Assembly: GCA_951406725.2 (NCBI GenBank)
Contig: OX597831.1
Location: 43,400,001-43,464,000 of the forward strand
Reading direction: 5' to 3'
DNA length: 64,000 nucleotides
DNA from: Octopus vulgaris
Taxonomy: Eukaryota
In this document: piece by piece, positions 23,781 through 36,197 of the stretch
How positions within the stretch are numbered: position 1 is the stretch's first letter
Layout of the letters: every line of letters begins with the position of its first letter
Program-made: the position numbers and the translations under genes
Notes under the pieces: generated by a model
Seen by the model: the letters and a program-made list of their open reading frames with translations, nothing else
The model's database searches: none
What the model was told of the DNA's origin: nothing

Positions 23781-24747
23781 TGTTATATATAACATAAATA
23801 CAGACGTAGCAGATAACAGCTAGCCTTCGGCCGCTTGGACCCTGTTGTGTCCACTACTCTGATTGGTTGGTATTGGCACAGTTTGTCTCTTGCTCTATTA
23901 TGCGCCAATGTGCAACTCAACCAATCTCAGCCTTCTGATAAGGTCCTGTGACACAGTCTTTCTAAATCTCCGTTGGAGCTTACTGGTCCCTATAAAAAGC
24001 TAGTTCTACACCGAGTCAAAGTCTTTGGTTCTAGACCTTCTAAGGTCTAACCACTGACCACAGAGCACACAGCCAGTTCCAGTGAAAGACAACACCAGCA
24101 GCCCACATGAAGAATCATCAACACTTCGTCTAGCAGCATACAGGACCTCCATCTTCTTAACAACGCCAACAACATCTCTACATACACAGCAACCATTGCC
24201 AGGTTCTATCTCCTCACTGTTTGTGAATTACTTCACCAAGGTTAACAGCAAATACAACCTGTGAGATCTTCCTGTAACAAGTAACCAACTCTGCATTATA
24301 GCCTCCACTTCCACGTGCCTCAACTGTCTCTGCAGTGTAGTCACAACTTCTTACAACTCTTCAACTATTGTGTACCTTACTACAAACTGGTATTTATCTT
24401 TATTGTGCGTGAACATTCTTCTAGCGTCCTATTATAGATTCTTTCAATGCTCTGTATTTTATCTCACACGCATACACCCTTGTTTGTACACACATACACA
24501 TTATGCATTCATGACAGCCTGTCTATTGTTATTTTTATATATGTACTTATGACGAACACACAGACACACGTTAACACCTAAATAAAACCCTTCTCTTAAA
24601 CCTTCTATCGGTTGTCTTTCTTTTCCTTTCTGGCACTGATACACATTTATCTTTACGCTTTTATTGTAAAGTGTATTAAAAGAGTCATTCATTTGTCACC
24701 TCTCCTTCGCACGATCATTCTTATAGCTGTATTCACAATATATGTCA
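23781..24747 (+). mobile_element. Possible solo LTR
   Basis: Begins TGTTATATAT and ends ATATATGTCA (imperfect terminal IR). CCAAT/ATTGG boxes at 23860-23925, TATAAAA at 23991, ATTAAA near 24675. No TSD seen. Confidence 0.5.
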
Positions 24748-25620
24748 ATACACACATAGGGATAGTAGAGGCTTGGACTACATCTATACACTTGCAATCA
24801 CAATACACAGGGACAATAAAAACAGTGATACCAGCTTACACGGTCTCACTTGTATGCACATACACCACAATAATATTAAAACTACTAACTACAGGCACAG
24901 GCATGACTGTGAGGTTAAGAAGCTTCCTTCCCAGCTTCATGGTTCAGTCTCACTGCATGGCACCTTGGATGAGAATCTTCTACTGTAGCACTGGTGGAGG
25001 CACGTGACTTAGTGGTTAGGGTGTTGGACTCATTATCATAAGACTGCGGTTCCAACTCCTGGACCGGGTGACACGTTGTGTTCTTGAACAAAACACTTCA
25101 TTTTACGTTACTCAAGTCTACTCAACTGGCAAAAGTGAGTAATCCGGCAATGGACTAGCGTCCCATCCAGGTGTGGAATTTATACGCCATAGAAACCAGT
25201 CCTTATGAGTCAGCAGGACTTGAGAAGGTAAAAAAAAAAAACTATAGCCCTATGCTGACCAAAGCTTTTATGAGTGAATTTGGTAGGCACAAACTGGAAG
25301 AAGCTCATCAGTATGTATGTATGTATGTATGTATGTATGTATGTATGCATGCAAGCATGTATGTGTGCTTGTATGCCTTAGTCTCCTTGCCTTGACATTG
25401 CATGATAGTTGTAAACAAGTGTCACCCTCATGCAAGCAGAGTCCATTTTCAATCTTCCCTGAAAACATATATGTTCAACTAAAAAGAAAAACCCTTCAGG
25501 GCGGTGCTCCAGCATGGTCGCAGTCAAATGACTGAAACAAGTAAAAGAATGGAACATAACCTGACAGTTATTTGGGTAATAATTTACACAATCTTAAAAA
25601 TTTGATGATTTAAAGAGTAA

Positions 25621-25838
25621 CCCTTTAGAGACCAACTTGCCTGAAACTGCCCTTGGCTCCAATACAAATTCCATGTTTTAAAGCAATCCCAATTAAAACC
25701 TCCAATCGAAATGTAATATCAATTTATATTCCAAAATATCAGCTCAATGTTGACAGTTTTTTTTTTATAAAGTCTTCATTATTTTCAAAATTAAGAGAAA
25801 TAAAAGCAGTTTATTTCAACATAAATATGATAAAAGAA
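25621..25838. mobile_element. Degenerate piggyBac MITE (23130 family)
   Basis: GTAA-CCCTTTAGAGACCAAC..CTGAAACTGCCC ... AAATATGATAAAAGAA-TTAA. Body similar to 23130-23353. Confidence 0.6.
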
Positions 25839-25880
25839 TTAAAAACCCCAGCCAGGAAAAAAAGCTTTTATTCAACTTAC

Positions 25881-26016
25881 CGATTAAAGGCATTGAAAGA
25901 AAGTAGAATATGGCTATTCAGTGAGCGCTTGTAGCGATAATGATTTCTATTCAATTCATGATGATTATAGACTAATGGATGGTAGTGTTCTATATAATCA
26001 TCTAAAAATCTTTTGC
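25881..26016 (-). CDS. ADAM10: ADAM10 exon, start of prodomain (KRFLDDYIEHYHPLVYNHHELNRNHYRYKRSLNSHILLSFNAFNR)
   Basis: TTTCAG acceptor at 26018-26017, GTAAGT donor at 25880. 136 nt, phase 1->2. L..YI.HY..L.Y....L...H.R.KR...L.F.A..R is the ADAM10 prodomain start. Absent from the ORF track. Confidence 0.95.
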
Positions 26017-26042
26017 CTGAAATGAGAAAAGAAGAAGAAGAA

Positions 26043-26074
<32 letters not shown>

Positions 26075-26078
<4 letters not shown>

Positions 26079-26595
26079 TCTTTCTACTGGAAGCACAAGG
26101 CCTCAAATTTGGGGAAAGGGATTAAGTCGATTACTTATTTAATTGTCCCCGAGAGGATGAAAGGCAAAGTCAGCCCTGGCAGAATTTGAACTCAGCACGT
26201 GGCAGCAGACAAAATACCATGAAGCATTTCGTCCAGTATGGTAATGATTCTGCCAGCGCTCCACCTTAATCATAATAATAATAATCAATGTGAGACCTCT
26301 GATATGTTGCTGTCTGTTTTCATAGAATCAAGGCAGAGCAAATAAGGCCAAGAGCACTGAGAAGTAAAATAATCATAATAATCCTTTCTACTATAGGCAC
26401 AAGGTTTGAAGTTTTGGGGAGGGGGACAGTCGATTATATCAGCCCCAGTACTCAACTGGTACTTATTTTATCAACCCTGCAAAGATGAAAGGCAAAGGTG
26501 ACCCTGGCAGAATTTGAACTCGGAACGTAAAGACAGATGAAATGCCACTAAGCATTTTGCCCAGAGTGCAAACGATTCTGCCAACTCACCACCTT
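26075..26595 (-). mobile_element. Two tandem copies of SINE family B (about 26075-26270 and 26380-26595)
   Basis: Reverse complements of the 14446 family, with (AAT)n at their ends. Confidence 0.75.
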
Positions 26596-26603
26596 AATAA
26601 TAA

Positions 26604-26634
<31 letters not shown>

Positions 26635-29600
26635 TGTAGTAGTAGTAGTATAGCAGAGACACAAGCAAGAATAGTACAACTCTATAGTAAAAGAAGAAAA
26701 AAGTAAATAAAAAGTGCCTCTATGTAGTAAGTCACACTGATAGAAGTAAATGAACTAACATTCTTTTAATACACATTTCATGAAGGATGATGACTTGACA
26801 GAAATGGTCAAGCATCAAACTGAATACATTACAATATTGAGAATGGCTACAGAGATGACCACCCTGTACTGCCACCACTGCCGCCACCCTCACCACCACC
26901 AAGCAGAGTATATCTAAAATTACACTGTTCAGTGTGCTTTTTTAAGATACTACTTACTGAACCCCTATACTACCAATGAAGGACAAGCTGTCAATGGCTT
27001 TTCCACACTGTTCTCAACTCTTTTCTGCTTCTCTTCATTTGGATCCCCACTTCCTTGCAGTTTCCTTTTGGATTTTGTCACACCATGTTATATGTTTCAC
27101 TGAGGAAAGACTTTCCTCTCACAGGTTTTGTTGGTTTTTGAATTGTCATTGGTGTTTTTGCAACTTACCTTTTTTCTAGATAGAGGTACACATATACACA
27201 CACACATCTGTCTTTGCATGTGTCCCATCTCCCTCTTATTACTCCCTATCATCTTAAAAAAGACAATAGGGAGAAATAAGAGAGAGATTTGGTTACTATT
27301 TCTAGCAAGTCAAATTATTGTGTATTGAACTCCAAATCAATACATAACAAATGCTGTACATTTGTTATGTATTGAACTCCTAATCAATACATGACACAAA
27401 TGACCGCATAAAAGCTTCCAGATTGACTTATAGGTATGTAAAACACTACAGAAAGCAGCGCTTTGGATGGTCTGAGATTCATAAAGAGTGGGAGCAGATA
27501 GAATAAGTTTATATCGTCTACAAAATAGGTGTGCTTATATATAATTGCCACAATAGGACATTGTGGGTACAGAATTTTGAGGTGTAAAAACATCATGCAT
27601 AAGTAATTTGAGGGGATGATTATGCTGTTTAGTTTGCCATAAAACTTAGATATTTAATTATATTGATATATTGCCAATGTTTCACATAATTCCATGAGAC
27701 ACTGAAGATTCTATTTTAATGAAAAATTGGTCATAGGTGCAAACATAACTATGTGGTAAGAAATTTGCTTCTTAATTGAATGGTTTCAGATTCACTTCCA
27801 CTGTGTGGCGCTTTGATCTAACATCTACAACAGGTCCAGGCTGACCAAAGCCTTCTGAATGGGGTTGGTAGGCAGAAACTGAGAAACCCATTGCATGTGT
27901 GTGTGACAGCTGTAAACAAGTGTCACCATCATGTAAGCAGTGTCCTTCGTTTCCAATCTTCCAAGACATGTCCGGTCATGGGAAAATACTACCTTATTTG
28001 AAAGTAAGTCATGATTAGTGAGAGGAGGACCATCTGGCCATAGAAAATCTGCCTCGACAAATTCTGTCCAACCCATGTGAGCATAGAAAAGTGGATGTTA
28101 AAACGATACTGGAGATGCCTATTTTATAACTATACAAAATTACAAATTGTTTGCAAAACAAAATATATTATTTTCCCATAACAGCAAAATAATTTATTTC
28201 ACTTCAAACTTTTCATATTTAGTATTTTCCAGAGATTCTTGTTTCACTTAATTGTAAACAATATTAATTGACTTAACATGGATACTTCAGTGTACATCCC
28301 ATAAGAATTTTTTAAATGTCTTTGACAAATGGAATGTAATCACTGATGATATTACTTTATTTTACTTTAACTCCATTTTTTGGGGGAGTTTTTTCTCTCA
28401 CAGCCATCAGATAAATCTTTTGCCTTTATTTTATATTGTTATTTTGCCAGCATTTTATAGGTAACATGATTCCACTGAATTAGCACTCCAATCTTCAAGT
28501 CAAAACTGTTCACAAGTTCTACAGTCTAAGCCACATTGACAACATTCTTTAAATTTTGTGTGCAGTTCTTTACAAGTAATTTTCTCTTGATGTAAGAGGA
28601 ATTCATCTACCACTGCAACATGTGCAAGATAATAGAAAAAATAAATTAAGTAAAAAGCATATCTTATAGTGCATTGCACAGAGTGTTAAGTTTTCTGATT
28701 CCTTGCCAAGAAAATCTCAACAGATTCTGCAGAATTCTCATGCTTGTCCTTTAAGCAAGACTGTTCTGTAAACAAATATCCCTGCTGGTAAAAGCACTGA
28801 ATTCAAGCCAATGAAGGAAAGGATCACTTGACATGTTACAAAAACTTACTCAACTATCTTGAAAAAAAATTGGATCAATACACAGGATGTAGTCCTAGGT
28901 ACATTATGCTTGAAATTATGATGAGATGGTCATGATAGAACCACTTTTCATCATATGTCAGTTGTTTGTTCTATTTCCACACCAGTCTCATACTTGTTGG
29001 CCTCTCCACTTTATGCCCTCAGTCAAATGCAAACACTCTCTCACATGCCAGGTTAAGATGACATTTAGTCCTTATAGTATTGTTTCACTCATCTGCAAAC
29101 ACTACTGAGATGATTGTAGAAGACACTTTGGCACAGTTGTTTTGGCATCATTGATTCAACACTGACCTATCTGATATCAGACTTTTTGAGCCCAGGGCCT
29201 TTTGGTACCATAAAGATTTTGTTATTGTTCTAGATGACAACTAACTTCAATCACCATAATTAAAATACTCAAAGTATTAAACTTTGTTTAGTTTTCTCTG
29301 CTTCACTTTATGCATATGGTGACTGATGAAATATTGACAAAAAAATAGATACAAAAACGTTTTTCACATAATGGATTTCTATACGTCTTTGACAAAGCAA
29401 GCTGACTGCCAATGCATTTAAATTTTAGCACTGTGAGCAGAAAAATGAATGTGATAGAGAGAGAAAGATGCATTAAATGACCCCCATCTATTACAAATAG
29501 CTCTGTCCCTGCTTGTATGTGTATATTTCTATGTGCACTTGTGTTTGCCAAAAGTATTGTCACCAAAAGGCCATCACCAAAATAGATTCAATGTCCAGCC

Positions 29601-29855
29601 AGCCATGCCAAATCACCAGCATCCAGACAACCATGCTTGATCATCTCATTCCATCTTGAGGTGGCCCTTATTCCCACTTAACTCTAGACCTTTCTTTCTC
29701 CACAACAAATCTATGGAAATACATGGCTGTATCATCTATTACCTGATCCTATCAACTGTTATTCTATCAACCTCAATTCCAACAGCTCAAAATAGTTAGG
29801 GAATTATCAGAGTTATCACCTAGTTATTTGGCTTCTTTACATGAGAAATCTAAAA

Positions 29856-30172
29856 CAGGTTCTCAACCAGTTTTTATCTATGGACCCTTTTCATTACTAT
29901 TTTATTTTTGTGGATCCCCACAGCCATTTGATGTTGAAAAACTAGTTTTATAGAAACTTCTTTCAAAATTCCTAGTTTGTTTTTCACACATTAACTTGGG
30001 TACATTGAACTACATAAAATGTTCAAGAAAGAAACCTAAATGTTTCTTGCAACAAATACATCTAAAGCAACATTTTTTCAGGAGCCTTTAAAATACTATT
30101 GTGGATCCCCAATTTACTATTGTGTGAACTACCAAAAATCTTATATGGACCTTCAGGGGTTGAGAACAACTG
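29856..30172. mobile_element. hAT-type MITE
   Basis: TIR CAGGTTCTCAACC / GGTTGAGAACAACTG. 8-bp TSD ATCTAAAA / CTCTAAAA (7/8). Confidence 0.75.
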
Positions 30173-31540
30173 CTCTAAAACTTAAAAACTGAATCCAGCT
30201 TTGTTCAACTTTGATTTTTTTTTAGGGCTTTTTGTTTTTCCCCTTACCATTTTACATGGTGAAATGGATAGGAAAACTTGGGAAGTAGGGTGGTAAATTT
30301 CTTTTTTTTTTTTTTTTTTTTGCTTACTAAATTTCTTCCTTGCTAATCACTTAACTGCTATTATCAGTTAAGCTGGAGAAAATATTCAGATGTACAAAAT
30401 AATGTCTATACTGAAGTTTGAACTTGTGAACATTTGATCAGTAGTTCAGGTTCCTGTCTTCAGTCATTTTGTTGCTCAAATACTTTACTACAAATTAAAG
30501 GTTAAGTATGTGAAACAAAAGGTCAGTTTTGAACAGCCGAAATCATCATCACCCTCACCTTTTAATGTTCATTTTCCATGCCAACATAGGCTGGACAGTT
30601 TGACAGGAGCTAGTGAGCCAGAAGACTACACCAGGTTCTACTGTCTGCTTTGGTATGGTTTCTACAGCCAAATGCCCTACCTAACACCAGCTACTTTACT
30701 GAGTATACTGAATGCTTTTTATGTGGCACCAACACTAGTGAGGTTACTAAATAACTTGAAAGACAGGAACCCTCAACTGAGGGTGGAGTATTATTAAGGG
30801 AGTATTATTAAGGGAGGATAAGAAGTTAAAGAATGATAAAGAGATAGAAATGAGTGTTTTGTTGAAATGGTGAACATGATATTGGAAATGGTGGACATAA
30901 TAATATTAATCTGTCAGTAACATCACTTAGAAAAAAACCCCACATGAAACAGAATTATTACTAACTACAACATCCATCCTTGTTTATCACCAATTCATTC
31001 ATCACTGACCTGGGATGACACAGCATGCTAATTGTGAACCATGTTATGCTTATCGTGAATTGATCTGTGATAACATGAGTCAGTGATCAAAGATTCTGCT
31101 TGAACCACATATGCACCTCAGTGACCATTCACAATACTTGAGGACAACTTGGGATCTCAAAAGGAAACCTATTTTTCCCATATGTTCCATTATTCATTTA
31201 TCGATGATTCATTTAACATGGTGATTTGTGGAACCAAACAGTTGTGATAAACAAGGATAGATGAACTTTGAGTAATACCACTTGAGGTGTAACCTTAATC
31301 CACTGACTGATTTCACACAACCACCTGACACTCAAATGCCTTTAATGGCATTTGCTACTGCATGAATTCAGACTATGTCCCCTCAGTTTTCAACTCTACA
31401 CACACATAAAAAAAAAGGATTGGGTACTACCTTTCTTCCTCTGGCTAATTCTTAACAAAATATTTCAAACAAAACCCAAAAAACCTTAGGCATGGCTGTG
31501 TGGTTAAGAATCAGTTCAGTTCCACTGCACAGCACCTTAA

Positions 31541-31758
31541 TCCTTTAATATTCAGATCACTCCATCAAATTTAATGCTTTTTGATTCACAGTTTTGAAGT
31601 AATCATGTAATATCTTGTAGCTTTAAGATTTTGATGATTTGGTTGCTTATTTTTAGAATGACATTGTAGGGTAGGTGTGAGAGGCTGAATATGGCCAGTC
31701 TGAACATAAAACAAGTAGAATATTTGAGCCAGAAACGACCGGTTTAAATTCTAAAGGG
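31541..31758. mobile_element. piggyBac-type MITE nested in a SINE A head
   Basis: TTAA at 31537-40 and 31759-62. SINE sequence CCACTGCACAGCACC|TTAA|GGCATTTGTCTTTTACT resumes after it. Confidence 0.8.
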
Positions 31759-31841
31759 TTAAGGCATTTGTCTTTTACTGTAGTCCTGAACTAACCAATG
31801 CCTTGTGAGTGAATTTGGTAAATGGAAACTGTGTGGAAGCC

Positions 31842-32228
31842 TGTGGCTGTGTGGTAAGTAACTTGCTTACCAACCACATGGTTCTGGGTTAAGTCCCACT
31901 GCGTGGCACCTTGGGCAAGTGCCTTCTACTATAGCCTCAGGCTGACCAAAGCCTTGTAAGTGGATTTGGTAGGCGGAAACTGAAAGAAGCCCGTCGTATA
32001 TATGTATATATATATGTGGATGTGTGTTTGTCCCCACCAACATCGCATGACAACCAATGCTGGTGTGTCTTCGTCTCTGTAACTTAGCGGTTCAGCAAAA
32101 GAGACTGACAGAATAAGTACTAGGCTTACAAAAGAAAAAGTCCTGGGGCTGATTTGCTTGACTAAGGGTGGTGCTCCAGCATGGCCACAGTCAAATGACT
32201 GAAACAAGTAAAAGAGAAAAAGACTAAA
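31842..32228 (+). mobile_element. SINE family A
   Basis: Near full-length match to 9707-10130. Confidence 0.85.
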
Positions 32229-35200
32229 GAGTATATATATATATATATGGCACTTTATGAAAACCCAAACTTGTGTAATGTTACGTTAAGTTACATAACA
32301 ATACTTGTGTTCTGAATAAATATGCGAAGGAAACGTAGTAATATCCTAAAACACCCATCTACTTCATTCTCAATACTATGAATATATGTGCGCGTATCTT
32401 TGGCCACCTCAACGCTCCCTGCAACTAACGAAATGTATGTGTTTTTTACTTTATTTTTATACTTTAAAACACACTCCCATTCAACGTCCTGCTCCAATAT
32501 TTCCATATGCACTTACCAAAATTTTATAGCAATATTCAGACATTCTTCCAGCAATAAATTACGTAATGGGTGACATCAATGCAAACATATTCTACATGCA
32601 TTGACAGAGACATTTGGCCAAGACGCAAAAATTATTATCTTATAGCTCACAAATGAAATAACTTAACTGACAACAGAATTTTCACTTATGTAATTTCGTG
32701 CAAAAGCGATTCAATAAATGCTATTAAATGCTTTGTGAATTGTCTGTTCTGAATTTAAACAAAAGTAATTTTTATTCACATAAAGTATATACATATATAT
32801 ATACATATATATGTCTCACCCATGCTAGCATGGAAGGCAGATATTAAATGATGATAATGACAGACAGGAAGGTACACAAGTATGTAGATAGATGGATAGA
32901 TACATACATACATACATATATAAATGTGTTATGTATACATACATACATACATGTATGCACACACATATATGCACATACAAATCTGTGTGTGTATGTGTGT
33001 CTGAAGAAAATGAAAAAAATATAATAATTGATTATATTTAACTGTTATGTGTCTCTTGATAATATTACCATCGTAAAAGTGTATGGTTCTACAGAAGCAA
33101 TCGCTCCCTGCAAGTGTCACTTATTAATTATAGAATGAAAAGTAGAAACAAGAAAAGAAATTGGCATTTCGAAGTTAACTAAAGGGAGTTTATCATTGCA
33201 TTGATTATTCATGAAGTGAGTGCATTAAGTAATTAGCTGCAAGTGGTTTTATAATCTTGGGAGTTGGCTGGCTATTATGGCATCAAATCAATAGCCCCAA
33301 TGATGCTGTTTTAACACTACTGTCCCCATTTACAAGAAAAAAAAAAAAAAAAGAAGCCAATTAGGGCAGCAATGTCTGATTCATAATAAGTATAGATAGG
33401 AAGTCAAGTGTAGGAAAATATACAGACACTTCCATAGTGTTGCCGGAACCACAAGACACACTGATATAGCTCTTACAGGCACAGGTATGAAGCTTGCTTC
33501 CTAACCACATGGCTAATCTATCAGTCTTTTTTGCCAAATAGCTAAGTTACGGGGATGTAAACACACCAACACTGGTTACCAAGTGGTAATGGAGAACGAA
33601 CATAAACACAAAAACACACACACGCATATGCATATATATATACACACACACGATGGGCTTTTTTCAGTTTCCATCAACCAAATTCACTCACAAGACACTT
33701 GCCCAAGGTGCCATGCAGAAGGACTGAACCCAAACCATGTGGTTGAGAAACAAACTTCTTATCACACTGCCATGCCTGCACATCTATAGCTATATATATG
33801 TATATATATATTTCTTATAGCATCCACTTCTCCATGCTTGCATGGGTCAAATAGAATTTGTTGAGACAGAATTTTCTCTGGCCAGATGCCCTTCCTGTTG
33901 CCAACCCTCAACCATTTCCAAGCAAGGTAGTATTTTCACATACCTAGAAATGTTTTTCACAGAAGACTGAAAATGACAGTAACTCTCATTTACAACCATC
34001 TTCTGGTATCAAGACAAGGGTACACTCAAACACAGACAATATTTTCAGTTTCTGTCTACCGAATCCATTTACAAGGTTTTTTTTAAATACATTATACTAC
34101 GTAATGATTTAAACGGTTAGTTCATCTTTTAATTCAAACCTAGGAATGTCTTTCCATTAGGCATTTCTAATACATATTTGACCTATGCTACTTATTTGAA
34201 GTTTAAATCTCTAATTTCCATACTCATCTATAGAAGGAACATCTGCAATGCCGCTTTACTTATATCTTCAAATATCCGTTGAAGCCATTAGTTATGGTTA
34301 AATATCCAACATGACTCACATCACTTTCTCATATGGATAACAATATGAATCTCCTAGATCCAAATTTTCTGCTATATTCCTTCTCAAGTTCTTTGTGTTA
34401 TGATTTCTACTTCCTGCACTGAAGAGTACGTTGATATTGTTTACATTATCATGATATCTCTGTACAAAACGATCATCTGCAAGAATTAAACTTCTTATAT
34501 ATTTCAACATTTTTAACTAAATTGATGGGTTTTATGGGACTTCATTCCATAAATTCACCATATATATATATATATATATATATCAGAACAAGGCACGTTC
34601 TGTGCCGGTGGCACATAAAATGCACCATCCGATCATGATCGATGCCAGTGCCTCCTGGCCCCTGTGCCGGTGGCACTTAAAAAGGCATTCACTACACTCT
34701 CTGAATGGTCGGTGTTAGGAAAGGCATCCAGCTGTAGGAACACTGTTAGATCAACTGGAGCCTAGTGCAGCCTCCTGGCTTCCCAGACTCCAGTCGAACC
34801 GTCCAACCCATGCCAGCATGGAAAACAGATGTTAAACGATGATGATGTCAAACAGTAAAGCAGTATGACCATTTCAAGCGGCTCCTTTTAACTGAACTAT
34901 GTAATAATTACAACCATTTAAATGAAACGCTATCTTCAGCCACACAAATATGGATTTTCAACAGACAAGATATATTAATATATTTTTTCTTAAATATTTT
35001 AACAGAGCAAAAGGATGGAAGAATTTCATGTTGTCACTATTGTAGCAAGAATAGCTAAGAGAAGAACAAACTACAAATTTTAGAGTGGCATGGAACACAG
35101 TGGGGGGTCATTTCCAATTAATCTCTGTCATCAATAAAAATCTAAGACAAGAAGACTGCATACATTTACAATAAAAAGGAAATTGACAGCTCACAGCTGG

Positions 35201-35435
35201 CTGTTGGTCATAAATTTCATACTGTCACAGGTACCCCTCAACCCACAAGAAAAAGAAACAAAGCTTTAGAAAGAGTCAATTAGATAGCAGTAAATGTCTA
35301 TGAATGAGGTAGGGTAGGGGTGGCATTAATTCATGATGCTGTTACCAGTGAAAGGTTTATTCATCTTCAAGCTGTGTGTGGGACTCACTTGGTGCTTCAA
35401 CTTAAGTACTTAATTCAAATGAATCTTAATTACTT

Positions 35436-35469
<34 letters not shown>

Positions 35470-35475
<6 letters not shown>

Positions 35476-35962
35476 GTAATGTTTGTGGCCACCTCAACAT
35501 GGCTGTTCCATATGGAACTATATTACTACAATTTTTTTTAACCCCAAGAGGACACCTCCTCCAGCTGATTAATGACACAACCTGTGTCCAATATATTGCA
35601 AACAGGGGAGCAAACCCTTACCATCTAGCAATGACAGGACCAGTATACCAGTCTGGCTTCAGGATATTTCCCTTTGTCAATACAGGGCAACTGCCTGCTA
35701 GACATGGCAGTCGTTTGTCCCAGCTTGCAAAAACAAATGACATTCAGCCACTGATTTTGCAACAAGCAAAGTAGCTTGTTCTAAAATCTCCATAAGAGAT
35801 CAGGTAGTAACAATATTGAAAAGGAATGTTTGTTGTCACTTCAACATGGTTGCTCAGTACAGAACTACGTTACTATCATTTTGAAGTGGCAACAAACACC
35901 ACTTTGCAGTATTGTTACTACTTACACCTCTAATAGACATTTTAGAACTAACTACTTTGCTT
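35470..35962. mobile_element. Non-coding element between (TA)n tracts with direct and inverted terminal duplications (Penelope pLTR-like architecture)
   Basis: 35478-35530 is repeated directly at 35826-35880. 35764-35843 is inverted at 35881-35962. Confidence 0.55.
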
Positions 35963-36146
35963 ATATATATATATAGCACCCACTACACTCACGGAGTGGT
36001 TGGCGTTAGGAAGGGCATCCAGCCGTAGAAACGCTGCCAGATCAGACTGGGCCTGAAGCAGCCTTCTGGCTTCACAGACCCCAGTTGAACCATCCAACCC
36101 ATGCTAGCATGGAAAGCGGACGTTAAATGATGATGATGATATACAT

Positions 36147-36197
<51 letters not shown>

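Noticed and set aside
26590-26681. Signal-peptide exon candidate (strong acceptor; poly-Leu or VVLFLLVSLL frames)
   Set aside because: The poly-Leu frame ends in phase 2 and the VVLFLL frame, which would end in phase 1, hits a stop. The hydrophobicity comes largely from a (CTA)n microsatellite.
34316-34510. 64-aa minus-strand ORF
   Set aside because: No recognisable motif or convincing splice context. Possibly decayed TE sequence.
35026-35070. Hydrophobic minus-strand stretch FVLLLAILATIVTT after TTTGTAG
   Set aside because: No phase-1 donor before the stop codon.
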